DNA from: Octopus sinensis
Lineage: Eukaryota
NCBI RefSeq assembly: GCF_006345805.1
Contig: NC_043005.1
Location: forward strand, 98,704,001-98,768,000
Length of the DNA stretch: 64,000 bases
Direction of reading: 5' to 3'
The notes beneath the pieces were generated by a model. The model was not told the origin of the DNA. It did not search any database and was given only the letters and a program-made list of their open reading frames with translations. A program made the position numbers and the translations under genes. This document shows positions 12,259 through 25,814 of this stretch, piece by piece. Position 1 is the stretch's first letter; every line of letters starts with the position of its first letter.

Positions 12259-12366
12259 ATCCTTCTGTTAACATCACAAAAGTCCAAGAAAATTCCTTAC
12301 AGAATTCCATTCCTCATCCATTATTTGTCACAGGAATTACTCTAAGCTCAATCAGGACAGAATCTG
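12259..12366 (+). CDS. RIC1: RIC1 exon
   Basis: ctag|ATCCT...TCTG|gtaagt, 108 nt, phase 1-1; (Y)PSVNITKVQENSLQNSIPHPLFVTGITLSSIRTES (IPHP motif). Confidence 0.93.
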
Positions 12367-15300
12367 GTAAGTATTCATCTTAGCCTTCAAAATATGATTT
12401 TTACTTTGATTTTCTGTTGTATTGTGAAAATATAAAGTTGTGTAGTTGCACTAATTCATGTGTGGTTTTGTGAAAATATTAAATTTTTCTTTTACAGTTT
12501 CTTTATTAAGGAATGCCAATAATTCCAGTTTGGAAGCCGAGTTTGGTGTTTTCAAATTCTGGAAGATTGCTCTCTTGAGGTTAACTTTGTAGATATTTCC
12601 TTTGGTGATTCCTTGTTATGATTCCTGGATACCAACTCTGAGAACATAACACAACTGCTAAAGTGTTATTATATCAATCATGCAGATATGCATTTCAGCC
12701 AATAAGATACCAGGCTATCAATCAAAGAGTTGCAGTAGGTTTATGCTTGTTTAGCTGCGCCATGTTGGGTCTTAATTCTTATTGGCTGAGTATACCTAGC
12801 TATAGATAGACTCTAAAACCAGGTACAGCTCAGTACTTTGATTAGAAGATGGACTGCTATATTAATGAATCTTTTTCTTTTTGATTCTCATATCATCCTG
12901 TAAGATATGAAAATGGAGGATTAGCCTAGCCAAGCTGACTTGCCTTTTATACAATATCATGTGAAAAAAAATATCTATAGTTATTTTGTAGTTACATACC
13001 AATGACCTGATGGGTTTTGCAACTATCCCACCACTACTGCTACTATTACTACTAGTTCAGGCATGTTTGGTATGTGTCTATGAAAACTGGTCCTTCTCAG
13101 TATCTCTTCCTAGTTGTGTTTTACATCTGGTTCGCTGATCAACAGCTACCATAGATACAATGCTTAGATGAGAATCTGTATTCAACATGGCACTACCAAT
13201 TGCTCTCCTCTTTCTCCCTCTCCTTCTCCCCTTCACTCACACAATTTGTACCCGTTTTATTCATTGTGTAGAAGCCTAATAAGAATATCAAACTGTGGCA
13301 GATAAAAAGTCAATATTTTGATTTGAAGCATTTATGCTTTGTCAGGTAACAAGAGCCAACAGCTGCTCAGTCTCTGGCTAAGTCCAGGTGCATCAACAAA
13401 AGAACTCAGGGGAAATACTTCAGTGGAGTGTTCTGTAAACTAAATCAAAATATGGTAGTGGCCTATATTATTTAGTGAGTTGAAAAACTTTGATCAACTA
13501 AGATTATCCATGCAATTAGTTGGTAAAAACTCCTTTAATATCATAATTAGTGACATGTTATTCCTTCTATTTCTTTTGATACTGATGATTATTCTTGCTT
13601 AATTGTGCTGTTTAAGTAGATTATGCTTTGCTGAAGTGATGCAATAACACTGAAACATGTCTGTTACTTTTACTGGTTTTAAAGATCTAATCCACTTCTG
13701 TAGAGTGTTTTTCTTTTTTACCAATATCTTAGTTTATTGAATTTAATAGTTATCTTCCTTGTTTAGCACCTCAAGAAGGAGTTTTTGTATACTAATTGTA
13801 TGGATAATCTCAAAGTGAAGCCTTTTGACTCACTATATTCCATATGTGAGATATTATTGTATTTATATGCAGTTATGGGCATTTTGTGAAAGAAGTCTGT
13901 CAAGGTAAAGTCTGTGGGACTGTTAATGTGTTATAATTTTACCAGGACTGGCTGATTTTCAGCTATAGTAAGCTTTTATGGGACTTCTACACATTTCTAG
14001 TGTAGCACTATGTTTTTTTTTCTTATTTTCATGCAACATGTTTAATATATAGCATGAAAATAACTTTACAACAATGAGAGACTGGGCAAAACACAAATAA
14101 TAGATAAAATAACGTTATGGAAATTGTAGTTAAGATACCTGTGCCAGTGACATGTTAAAAGCACCATCTGAACGTGGCAGATGCCAGCGCCACCTGACTG
14201 GCGTCCTTGTCGGTGATGCGTAAAAGTACCAACCAATCATGGCCGTTTGCCAGCCTCCTCTGGTTGGCATGTAAAAAACACCCACTACACTCTCGGAGTG
14301 GTTGGTGTTAGGAAGGGCATCCAGCTGTAGAAACACAGCCAGATCAGACTGGAACCTGGTGCAGCCTCCTGGCTTCCCAGACCCCGGTCGAACCGTCCAA
14401 CCCATGCTAGCATGGAAAATGGACGTTAAACGATGATGATGATGTTTTATTTCAATTTTGATCAAGAGATCGGTCTTCTGCTTCTACCATTTGCTACTGT
14501 GTGTCATAATGTCTTCCATCTCATTGGACCCTGTATTCTAGATTACCACTGGCAAAATTGTTTTTATTTCTGATTTAGTTATCTAAAATATTAACCCTAA
14601 ACCTTTATCATAACATTTCAATGAAAAAGTATTAATTCTAAGAATGTCCTACATAAAAAAAAAATGCAAATAAAGGATATAACACAGCACCAGACAACAC
14701 ATTTGAAATTATGTTAGTATGCTTTGTTTGGAAAATGAACTAAACAAACATTAAAAAATAAGATATTTATAAATTTCGTATTAGAAATTACTTTACAAAT
14801 TTGGAAAGAGTTAAGTATCTTTTAAATGCTTTATTCAATCAGTCAGCCTGAAATACCTTTAAGTTGCCAATGTATGTAGGTTCCCTTAAAAAATTTTGTG
14901 ATTAAAAGAAATTCTTAAATGAAGGAGAACAATATTTTAATTTAATATTTTGTATTAAATTATTGGTTGTCCTACAGCTTCCTAGTTTGGACTAAAACAT
15001 TTCCCTTAAACACAAATATTAGAAGTTGAATAATTTGCTTCTCTTCATTTCACTTTATATATTTTTTTATATTGTCAAGCAGTATATTACTGATTATGGC
15101 ATGAGACTGTCAGAATGTTAACGATGGTTTCACTTGGTAATATTTGTAACTCTTTAGACAAGCTGGCTGGTAACATTCTCACCAGTTTATGCTACAACTA
15201 GTAATATACTGATAAATAAAATAACACTATGACTTTTCTAGAGCGTTTTTCTTGACTTATGGACAACTGACTGATTATAAATATATATATACAAAACGCC

Positions 15301-15489
15301 CCCCCCCGTCCAATGGACGGTGCTGAGTTGTCAAATATTTAAACCAAATTTTCTTAAAACAACTTGTCCGACCGTCCCATAGGCCTCCCCTTTGAGAAAC
15401 ACTGATTTAACCTAAATTTGAGACACCAGCAAAAGAAGAAACAAGGATAGACATTTTTCTATTCCAAAGAATGCTTTATTGATTGCATT

Positions 15490-15645
15490 CTCACCTGGAA
15501 TCGATTTTTGCAATTTTTTCAAGACTTATACACGCCCTGATACCGTCAGTATCTACATATCAAATTTGAGTGCAATCGGATGGAGGATGCCCAAGATCCT
15601 AGAAGACATACAGACAGATAGAACGGATTTTATATAATAGATATA
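15490..15645 (+). mobile_element. Possible Helentron/DINE-like non-autonomous remnant
   Basis: caaatttgagtgcaatcggatgg...catacagacagatag...ttttatataatagat resembles 3' ends of such elements; recalled similarity only. Confidence 0.3.
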
Positions 15646-15994
15646 TATGTACACACATACACTCTTGTGCTAAATATTTAATAGGCACAGGCATGGCTAT
15701 GGGGTAAGCAGTTTGCTTCCCAACCACATGATGTCAGGTTCAGTTTCACTGTGTGGCACCTTAGGTGAGTGTCTTCTATTGTAGCCCCAGGTCGACCAAA
15801 CCCTTGTGAGTCAATTTGGTTGGTGGAAAACAATGTCTGTCTGTCATCCAGCCATTTTGTCATGTTGAACCATTAAACCCTATACATTTTTTTCCTGTCA
15901 ATCCTGTTGAAGAGTGGAAGCTTGAAATATCAAAGACTTTCCATTCTTCCTGAGCATCAAACTAATACACATGCATGTTGTTCCTTCACCTGTC

Positions 15995-16190
15995 TTCATC
16001 TTTTGTTTTCTGTAGATTTGAACTAGTTTGTTTGTTTGTTTGTATGTATGTATGTATGTATGTATGTATGTATGTATGTATGTATGTATGTATGTGTGTG
16101 TGTATGTATGTATGTATGTATGTATGTATGTATGTATGCATGCACGCACGCACGCATGCATGTATGCATGCATGCATGTGTCTGTTTACG
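15995..16190. repeat. (GTTT)n/(GTAT)n/(GCAT)n microsatellite
   Basis: Direct reading. Confidence 0.9.
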
Positions 16191-16774
16191 TGTGTGTTAC
16201 TGTCTTCTTGCCTTGACAACACAATAGTAGGGGTCTTTTGTTTCCAATCTTCCATGAAAACATGTCCAGTTATGGGGGAAATATTACCTTACTTGGAAAT
16301 AGGTGAGTGTTGGCAACAGGAAGGGCATCCTGCTATAGAAATCAACCACAACAAATTCTGCCTGGCCCTTGCGGGTATGGAAAAATGTATATTAAAATAA
16401 TGATGATGGTGATGATACACACATGCACATACATATTACATATCTTTGTTTTTTTTTAAAGTTTTTTCTTTATAACATGTTTAAAATGGAAACTACTTTG
16501 GTGTCCATTTTTCAACTTTTTTTCTTGAGCAGATGGCCAACCCATCTTATATGAATTAACTATAATTAATTATGTAAAGACATAAATGAAAATGTCTTTA
16601 ATTTATTGAAACAACTATAAAGCACATTTGAATTATGTCCTATGTGAAATTCATGCTTTTCTGCATTTTATTATTCTAAATATGTTGTTCTCAAATATCC
16701 TTTTAGCTATGCAAGTTTATTTTCACCAATGTTTACTGCTGTGTAACAATGTATTAGAGTTTAATGATATGTTG

Positions 16775-17004
16775 CAGCGAGCTGGCAGAAACGTTAGCAC
16801 GCTGGGCGAAATGCATAGTGGTATTTCGTCTGTTGTTACGTTCTGAGTTCAAATTCTGCCGAGGTCGACTTTGCCTTCCATCCTTTCGGGGTCGATAAAT
16901 AAAGTACCAGTTTCGCTCTGGGGGTCGATGTAATCGACTTAATCCCTTTGGCTGTCCTTCTTTGTCCCCCTCTATGTTTAGCCCCTTGTGGGCAGTAAAG
17001 AAAT
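16775..17004 (+). mobile_element. SINE family A
   Basis: Colinear with 1964-2196. Confidence 0.88.
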
Positions 17005-17797
17005 ATATATCTTATGATGTTCATATATCAATTCAGTGTGTGTGTGTGTGTGTGTGTGATCAGTTAACACCCATTTGCCAAGCTGGCAAGAGCAGGACAG
17101 TTTAACAGAAGACTGCACCAAGCTCCAATCTCTGCCTTGGCATGGTTTCTACAACTGGATGTCCTTTCTTAGGCCAAACACTTTACAGAGTGTACTGGAT
17201 ACATTTTATGCAGCACTGGTACCAGTGAAGTTACCAGGTAACTTGCAAGATAAGACCCCTTGAATAAGGGTGGGGTGTAGTGCTGAGGGAGGTGACTTTA
17301 TGTCAGGTGATGATAGGTTAAAGTATGATGAAGGGTCTTGTAGGGGAGATATATGATTATTCCAGTTTGCAAAGATAGAAGATGATGGTGAATATAATTT
17401 GAATATAAGAGAAGTTGAGAGGATTGTAAAGAATGAATAAATAGGTTAATAATTCTAATAAAAAGAAGAAAAGCAGCTTCCCTTGCATCCAGTGTACTCT
17501 GTAAAGTGGTTGGTGTTAGGAACAGTGTCTAGTCATGGAAGCCTTGTTGGTGCTGAGATAGCTAAGAGAGAGAGAGAGATATCTCTCTAACCTATTGAAG
17601 AGTCAGTAACTATGGATAAGAATTAACATGAATCAGCTGACCTGCCCAAAATGGTGATAGTTTCTTTATCTCTGGAATAACGTCTCTTCCTTTCTGTCTG
17701 TCTGTCAATAAAGGATTTATTTTCTCTCTCTCTCTGACCTCTCTTTCTCTCTGACCCCTCTCTCTCTCTCTCTCTCTCTCCCTCTCTCTCTCTCTCT

Positions 17798-17833
<36 letters not shown>

Positions 17834-18491
17834 CCCTCTCTCACTGTTTCATTCACATTGTTTCTCTCAGTAGCAGTGTCCAGTTTTTCACTTTCTCTTG
17901 ATGTCCGCAGTATCCCGATATGTTCAGAGAAATTGAATATAAAAGTTTTACAGAATTGCATTCTCTTAATCAGGATGTTCCAAGTATCAGCAATGACGTT
18001 TTCCTTAACATAATTTTTTTTTTTTTTGTTACTAAATGCAAGTTTTCTATTCTAGATCTATATCTGAAATAACTTCTACATCTTTAAGATTGTCTGATTT
18101 AGGAATATGCCAGTAGAAAGAGTGTAGGGTCGTATTATCTTATGTTATTTAGAAAAATGCACTTGCCTCTATCTAACCATGTCTCTCTCTTGTTTTATTT
18201 TGTATCCTTGTCATTAAGCACCTGATAGTAGTGTGTTTCGGAACACTGAAACCAACAAAATTATGCATCACTTTTAGATGAAATTATGAAAACATAGTCG
18301 AGTACCATATTACTGCGTGTGTGTGATTAGCTTTAACTTGTTTAATAACAGTATTACTCTTAACAATATGGTAACATTTGAGAAGTGTAACATCTGTATA
18401 TGCAGAGAGTTCACTAAAAAACAAAAGACAAAGACAGGTGGTGTACAAAACAAACAGATGTTTTAGTATAACGCTCAGGAATAGAAAAAGT

Positions 18492-18527
18492 CTTTTACAT
18501 TTCGAGCCTACGCTCTTCTACAGAAAG
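18492..18527 (-). ncRNA. Minimal hammerhead-like motif (A6U variant) in a probable Penelope-like remnant
   Basis: Minus strand: CUUU CUGUAGA A GAGC GUAG GCUC GAAAU GUA^ AAAG. Confidence 0.5.
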
Positions 18528-19038
18528 GGACACAGAAAAAAACAAGGAAAGAAAAAAAGGAAAGAAAAAAAATGTGCGTAGTGGCTACCGATCTATCATG
18601 GCGACTGCCGGACAGAAGGGTCTATATATGTAGTTATATAAGAAAATTTTCTTCCTTCTTTCTTTCCTGTGATTAATATATTTATTTTGTAATATTACAA
18701 GATTGATTGAATTTAGCCAGAGACATTAGTTTATCAAATCGGATCTGTGTGTGTGAGTGTGTGAAAGAGAGAGAGAGAGAAGTGTGTGAGAGTGTGTGTG
18801 TGAGTGAGAGAGTGTTTTATTTACAGTGAGCTTGTTGACTGTATCCTTAATTATCTTTTCAGCAAAAGGACCATATCCACCAAGAATTTTGTATCACTTG
18901 GTATAAATTGTTAGTGTGATTGGAGGGCAAACTTTGTAATTGTATTTCATTTCCCTTCCTGCTTATCAAATAACCGCTGAAGCTGTATGAAGTTTTAGTC
19001 TGTCATAAAATGTTTTCATAAACTCTGTTTGTCTTAAG

Positions 19039-19166
19039 GTTCACGTCTGCAGAAACCTTTGAAAGATGCGGAAAGTATTTTGGTTAATCTCTCTGGTAAG
19101 CTGTTGATGTTCCAGCCAGAGAAAGCATCATCTCATATGAAAGCTGACAACAGCAAATATTCCTTG
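19039..19166 (+). CDS. RIC1: RIC1 exon
   Basis: taag|GTTCA...TCCTTG|gtaagt, 128 nt, phase 1-0; (G)SRLQKPLKDAESILVNLSGKLLMFQPEKASSHMKADNSKYSL (AESI..NL.G.L.M). Confidence 0.92.
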
Positions 19167-19356
19167 GTAAGTATGCTAGTTTCTTATAAACAGTTGAAAG
19201 GGACAGATTCAGTTTAGTTTCTTTTGGTGGATTTTTTTTTTTGTTTTTCAAAATTCTGGTCCCTCTCTTTGTTTTTTGACCTACTTACATTGAAAAAGGT
19301 AGTTTGAAGAATTGTATAATTAAATACAGAAATTATGGTGCAATATATCTATATAA

Positions 19357-19669
19357 GTGGAGGCACAATGGCCCTGTGGTTAGGGTAGCGGACTCACAGT
19401 TGTAGGATCACGGTTTCGATTCCCAGACTGGGCGTTGTGAGTGTTTATTGAGCGAAAACACCTAAAGCTCCATGAGGCTCCAGCAGGGGGTGGGGTGGCG
19501 ATCCCTGTTGTACTCTTTCGCCACAACTTTCTCTCACTCTTTCTTCTGTTGGCCTGCTTGCTTAGCCAGCGGGGTGGCGTCATCTGAAGGCTAAAACAAT
19601 GCGAAGTGCATTGTGACCAGCGATGTGTAACAACATCTGATAGCCTGGTTGGTCACGGTGATCATGGTG
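19357..19669 (+). mobile_element. tRNA-derived SINE, family B, full length
   Basis: tRNA-like head ggcacaatggccctgtggttagggtagcggactc...ggtttcgattccc; 12-bp TSD atatctatataa at 19345 and 19670. Confidence 0.9.
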
Positions 19670-22349
19670 ATATCTATATAAATCTATTATCTGCGTGTGT
19701 TTATGTAATACAATGGATTTTGGAACATTGGCAATGAAAATTCTTTAGGAAATTGTGTTTTACTATTAAAGCTAGTAGTTATATCAATAAGTTAAAGTAA
19801 ATTTAATCAATAATAGTTTGGGTTTTGCTATTGCTTTTAGTGTTTGAAGAATATCAATAAAAAGACAGAATTCCATATACATTGTATATAGAATTAAGTA
19901 CAATTTATTTCACATCTATCTATGAGAAGCCATCATGTTTCTTTAAAAAGATGTGTCAAAAGGATCTTGAGATAATGTCTGGTTCATATCATGACAAACC
20001 TTATAATTTGTTTTCTTAAACAAGTCCCAGTTGAGTGCTGGGCTTCATTTGATTTGACGATTCTTCTTCCTCACTCCTGCTACCAATATAAGAAAGTTTT
20101 CATTTAATATCCACACAAGTTTTCTGCCCTGACTGAGTATGATGATAAGTATTCTAGCCATAACATCATCTCCTTCCTTTTGAAGGTGATAGGGTGTTAC
20201 TTGAAGATGCAGTGGTTGCTACTTCTAGCAGATCAAATGATTATGTAGATACTCTTTCTTGTTTTGCTATAAGTAATTGCAACATTCTACCTTGTTTAGT
20301 TGTTGTTTAGCCCCAGGTCAACACTGTCTAGGCAGACCTATGATTAAAGGTTCTCTAGTCATGATCAGTTTATCTTCTTTAATGTAGTCTTAGACTGGTG
20401 TCTAAGGTGTCTTTTACCTTTTTTGTTTAATTCAGTAAGGAAATTTGGTTGTTATCTACAGTATGTTAAGGAACCATGTAGAGACCCCATTTTTGGTTCA
20501 AAATGGTTAATTAGTGGCAATAGCAGAATCATTACCAACAAACATTTATGAATAGAATAAAATAAGAATTCTTGGCAAGTTTGAATCTATTTCTATTGCT
20601 TCAGAATTACGTTCTTTTACTAGTTTATCAAATTCTCTTAACGTTTCCATTTTAAACATCAGTCAATATTTTCACTGGTACATTTTCAAGACTTATCATA
20701 TAGTCATAATAAAGAATGACTTTGTGGTTAGGAATGTAAATGTTGGGTACCTAAAGACAATTAGAAATTAAACCAACTGAAGTATAGCGTAACAGGCAGA
20801 CATAATATAACAATAAGACACGAAAGCTGTCGTCGATAGTCCAAAGGATTGAAGCTAAAGGAATTTACCTAAAAAATATAGACAACCATTTATCTAGATG
20901 TGTGTGTCTGTGTGAGAGATGAGTTTTTAAAATTTTGTCAATGTTGATTGTTTAATTTTTTTTTTTTACCTTGCAGTTGTACATGAGTTTAGTAAAGGAG
21001 GGTAAAGGAAAAGAAAAATATAGGCTCTTCAGTGTCACTCTAGTAAAAAAAAAAGCACTTCAAATCTAATTCTCCATCTTAACACAGTGGGGACATGTTA
21101 ATTTGTTCAATGTGAAGAAGAAAAAAGCAAAAAGAAAAAAAGACAAAAACAAAACAAAACAAAATTCAGTTAAGTTGTGTCGTGTCAAAACCAGTTATAA
21201 AACCAAGAAATTTCTTCATTGCCTTACCTGTGCATTGATTACATTTTATTCATTTTGACTTCCAGCCAATATACGAATTGCTTGTTGAAAAATAATAAAA
21301 AATTGAAGTAAAAACACTTTACCATTTTCAATTCTATTATTGTCAGTCTCAGAAGAAGAACTTATCTGCGGTTCCTTCATTGTAATAACAGAAACTAAGA
21401 TATTATTTGTTGTGAAGTGTGGGCAAGGGGAACTTTTTTTTTTTACGTTTTGAGTTCTAAATATATTTTTCTTGAAAATTATTGTTTTTGTTGTTGTTTT
21501 ATCTTTGAATTATGTCTTGGAATATTTGGCAAAATAATCAATCTGAGAGTCTTAAGGGCAGAAGAAAGTCAAAGAATGTAGTATTATGTATTCAAATATA
21601 TGCTGATATTTTTTTTATATACACAGGAACTGAATGTTGGTAGATTTCATTTGTCATTGATCTGTGTGTGTATATATCTATCTATATATATGTATGTATA
21701 CATAAATGTGTGTTTGTATGTATGTATGTATACATAAATGTATGTTTGTGTGTCTGTATATATATGTATATATATGTATTAATAGTTTGACTTGGGTATA
21801 CATTACTTTTATTAATGCAAACCTGAATCTGTTAATACTGTTCCATAATATAACCTCCATGACATATGTTGAATGCTCCTTTTGTTTGGACACCTATTTG
21901 TGGATGTATGTGTGTCTGTCTGTTTGTACCTTCTTTCCAAGTGATGGCTTCTCATACTCTTACCCTTGCACACCCTCTGCATTCCACTTGCCTTCCCTTT
22001 TACCACATATTTGTACCTGTTCTCACCTCCTCACATCCATGCTTTCCTCATACACTCTTAATGATTAGACACACCAACAACTCACCCCCACCAGCAAACT
22101 ACACCACTATACTTGCACACTTCTACACCCCTACCCCCTACCCAAAGCCCCCTCACTACCTTCCATGTCTGTCTCTAAGCATAGATACCATCCTATTGCT
22201 GAATTTGCACATTTGCTCCTTGTTCCGTTTTTAATTCACCCCACTCCATAGAACCACATTCCCACCTGTCTACTAATCCCTTACCTGTTATATATTTTAT
22301 TTTCTCTCACCAATTCGTCCTCTTTCTCATTTCCCATACTTTGATCTTC

Positions 22350-22385
22350 TCTTCTGATGAAGGACTAACATCTGAAACGTTAAGA
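22350..22385 (+). ncRNA. Minimal type I hammerhead motif in a probable Penelope-like remnant
   Basis: UCUU CUGAUGA A GGA CUAACA UCU GAAAC GUU^ AAGA; 4-bp stem I, AACGUU palindrome. Confidence 0.55.
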
Positions 22386-22972
22386 CTTTTTCCTTTTAAG
22401 TGTTGGACTAAGACAATGTTTGTTAAATTTTGTCTCTCCTGTGTTTTGGGTTCAGTCCCAAATTGCAACACCTTGAGCAAGTGACTTAAATGACTTTTAC
22501 TATATAAATGTCTTGTGGCTGAATTTGGTCAATGGAAACTGTGTGAAAGCCCATCATATGTGCCGTGTGTAGGTATAAATGTGTGTGTATGTATATACAT
22601 ATGTGTATGCCTCTCTCTCTCTCTCTCACTCTTTCTTTAAGGAAATCAAGTGATTTCATTGCTTGAAATTGACTTGCAGCCATCATATATGTATGTATGT
22701 GTCTCTATGAGTATATGCATAAATGTCTGTGTCTATGTATGTGTATATGCATAGCTATATGTGTGTACGTATGTGTATATGCATATGAGTGTGTGTGTGC
22801 GTGTGTGTGTATATATATAGGCGCCAGAGTGGCTGTGTGGTAAGAAGCTTGCTTCCCAACCACTTGGTTCCGGGTTCAGTCCCATGGCGTGGTACCTTGG
22901 ACAAGTGTCTTCTACTATAGCCTTGGGTCATGGATTTGGTAGACAGAAACTGAAAGAAAGCCATTGTATATA

Positions 22973-24367
22973 TCATCATCATCATCATTGTTTAACGTCC
23001 ACTTTCCATGCTAGCATGGGTTGGACGATTTTGACTGAGGGCTGGCGAACCAAATGGTTGCACCAGGCTCCAATCTTGATCAGGCAGAGTTTCTACAGCT
23101 GGGTGCCCTTCCTAATGCCAACCACTCCGAGAGTGTAGTGGGTGCTTTTTACGTGCCTCCGGCACGGGGGCCAGTCAGGTGGTACTGGCAATGACCTCGC
23201 TCGAATCCTTTTACACATGCCACCAGCACAGTTGCCAGTAAGGCAACTTTGGTAATGATCATGCTCAAATGGTGCCCTATTACGTGCCACTGGCACGGAA
23301 GCCAGTTGGCTGCTCTGGCAACGATCACACTGGGATGGTGCTCTTGGCACCCTACTAGCACGAGCACAAGTGCCAGTAAGGCGACGCTGGTAACAATCAC
23401 GCTCGAATGGTGCCCTTTAAATGCCACTGGCACGGAAGCCGGTAGCCGCTCTGTCAATGATCATGCTCGTTTGGTGCTCTTTGCACCCTGCCAGCATGGA
23501 CGCCAGTCATCGAACTTGATTTTGATTTTGCTTTTGATTGGTTTGATTTGATTTCACTTGCCTCAGCAGGTCTTTGCAAGCAGAGTTTTAGTGACCAAAG
23601 AAGGAAAAGGTTACGTACAAGTGGGCTGTTTACGCCCCTGGCATAGGCCATGAGATTATGGTTTCATTTGGCTTGCTGGGTCTTCTCATGCACGGCATAT
23701 TTCCAAAGGTCTCGGTCACTAGTCATTTCCTTGGTAAGGCCTAAAGTTCGATGGTTGTGCTTCACCACTTCATCCCAGTTCTTCCTGGGTCTGCCTCTTC
23801 CACAGGTTCCCTCAACCGCTAGGGAGTGGCACTTTTTCACACAGATGTCCTCATTCATTCTCCCCACATGATCATACCAGTGCAAACATCTCTCTTGCAC
23901 ACCACATCTGATGCTTCTTAGGTCCAATTTTTCTCTCAAGGTACTTACACACAGTCGAATATGCACACTGACATTACTAATCCATCGGATCATACTGGCT
24001 TCTTTCCTTGCAAGCTTACGCATGTCCTCAGCAGTCACAGCCCATGTTTCACTGCCATGTAGCATGGCTGTTCGTACACAAGCGTCATACAGTCTACCTT
24101 TTACTCTGAACGATAGGCCCTTTGTCACCAGCAGAGGTAAGAGCTCTCTGAACTTTGCCCAAGCTATTCTTATTCTAGCAGCTACACTTTCAGCGCACCC
24201 TCTTCCGCTACTGACTTAGTCCCCTAGGTAACGGAAGCTACCGACTACTTCTAGTTTTTCTCCCTGGAATGAGGCGGAAGCTGGTCTCTGCGCATTTTCA
24301 GTGTTTATAGCACCTGCGCATCTGCCACATACAAAACCTATCTTCCCAGTTAGCTTCCCTTCGATAT

Positions 24368-24368
<1 letters not shown>
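22973..24368 (-). mobile_element. 5'-truncated RTE LINE with 3' UTR repeats and (GAT)n tail
   Basis: EKLEVVGSFRYLGD, KGRLYDACVRTAMLHGSETW, GRGRPRKNWDEVV; tail catcatcat at ~22973. Confidence 0.9.
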
Positions 24369-24414
<46 letters not shown>

Positions 24415-24699
24415 TACATACATGTATGTATATGTTTGTGTGTCTGTGTTTGTCTCCCCACCATCGCTTGATGGTGGAATGTTTGTTTGGAATGTTTACA
24501 TCCCCATAACTTAGCAGTTTGACAAAAGAGACTGATAGAATAAGCACTAGGCTTACAAAGAATAAGTCCTTGGGTCGATTCATTTGACTAAAAGCAGTGC
24601 TGCAGCATAGCCATAGTTAAATGATAAACAAAAATAGAATAAAAGAAAATGTGTATTTGTGTGTATATATATATATATATATAAATATATATATATATT

Positions 24700-24742
<43 letters not shown>

Positions 24743-25097
24743 TTATGTATTGTTGTATCCTTTGTAATTGGTAGGGGAATTTTTTATTGATAAATATTAA
24801 GGATAATTCTATCTATTGTTTCAAAGGTAAATATCTATCTTTCTGTCTGTACAATGGCTATTTGTTTCTCATGGAATTTCAGTGCCTGCCTGTAAGTTTT
24901 ATTCAAGGAATCCACTCAAGATGTGTCAAGATGGAGGATTTGACACTCAGATTCAGATTTTTGGCTGGGTTTCATCTAAGCTCTCACTTGATGGACATTG
25001 TTTTCTTTAACTGGCTGTTGTTTCTTCTCCTGTTGGAAATATTTTAATATGCCTTCTTCATTGTATTTTTGTTATAAATAAATTCTTAAATCTTCAG

Positions 25098-25229
25098 GAT
25101 ACGTCTTTCTGTTCACCTTCTGTTGTTGCCACTTCTGTTGAGAACCTCTGGACAACTGCAAAAGCCAACCTTGGAAAAATGCAGCTAATGGAAGCCTTAT
25201 GGCTTGGATGTGGTTCCCAAGGAATGAAG
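25098..25229 (+). CDS. RIC1: RIC1 exon
   Basis: tcag|GATACG...ATGAAG|gtatgg, 132 nt; [44 protein letters not shown] (SVEN.WTT; EALWL.CG..GMK). Confidence 0.95.
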
Positions 25230-25717
25230 GTATGGACTCTTTACCATCTGTGATTGAATTTTGCTGTTTTCTGTATTTCTAATACCACTCATATTAATCA
25301 ATATAATATTTAATGATTTTTAACTTCTTGTAAACACTGAACTAGATATCCTGTTGCTATTGCCTTTTGTCTTCAAGCAATGCAGATAGACTCTTTCTAT
25401 CCCTTGTCTTTTTTCAAATTAGGCCCTTTGAGAGGTAAAGATTCTTCTCTATAACTTGTATCATACCGAGTTATTAGGTGATTTTCTGTTCCAAAAGTCA
25501 AATCCCTTTCTTAAATAAGAATTAACAAAAAGGGGACACTATTAAGAATGACGTTAGTGAACAAAGTTAATAACCAAGATCTCATTTCCTCTCAGACCTT
25601 AATTCATTTGTTTCTAATGTCTTTGAGAAAGGCAAAATGTTGTTCTATCCACTCACTACATACCTCTTACATCTGTAAATTTATAATATTTAATTTTGTA
25701 TTTATTTTATTTTCAAG

Positions 25718-25814
25718 GTCTGGTTACCTCTGTTTCCTAGGGATGAAGGGAAAACACACAATTTCATGTCAAAAAGAATAATGTTACCATTTAAAGTGGA
25801 CATTTATCCCTTGG
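25718..25814 (+). CDS. RIC1: RIC1 exon
   Basis: caag|GTCTGG...TTGG|gtaagt, 97 nt, phase 0-1; [32 protein letters not shown]. Confidence 0.96.

Noticed and set aside
15306-15320. Perfect hairpin CCGTCC-AAT-GGACGG (Helitron-type terminator?)
   Set aside because: No CTRR terminus follows; a 6-bp stem is expected by chance
19096-19101. Internal gtaagc cryptic donor in the 19039 exon
   Set aside because: Use would shift the frame and remove conserved residues; a better gtaagt exists at 19167
19359-19430. tRNA gene
   Set aside because: tRNA-like head continues into a SINE body with a TSD; no complete cloverleaf or terminator
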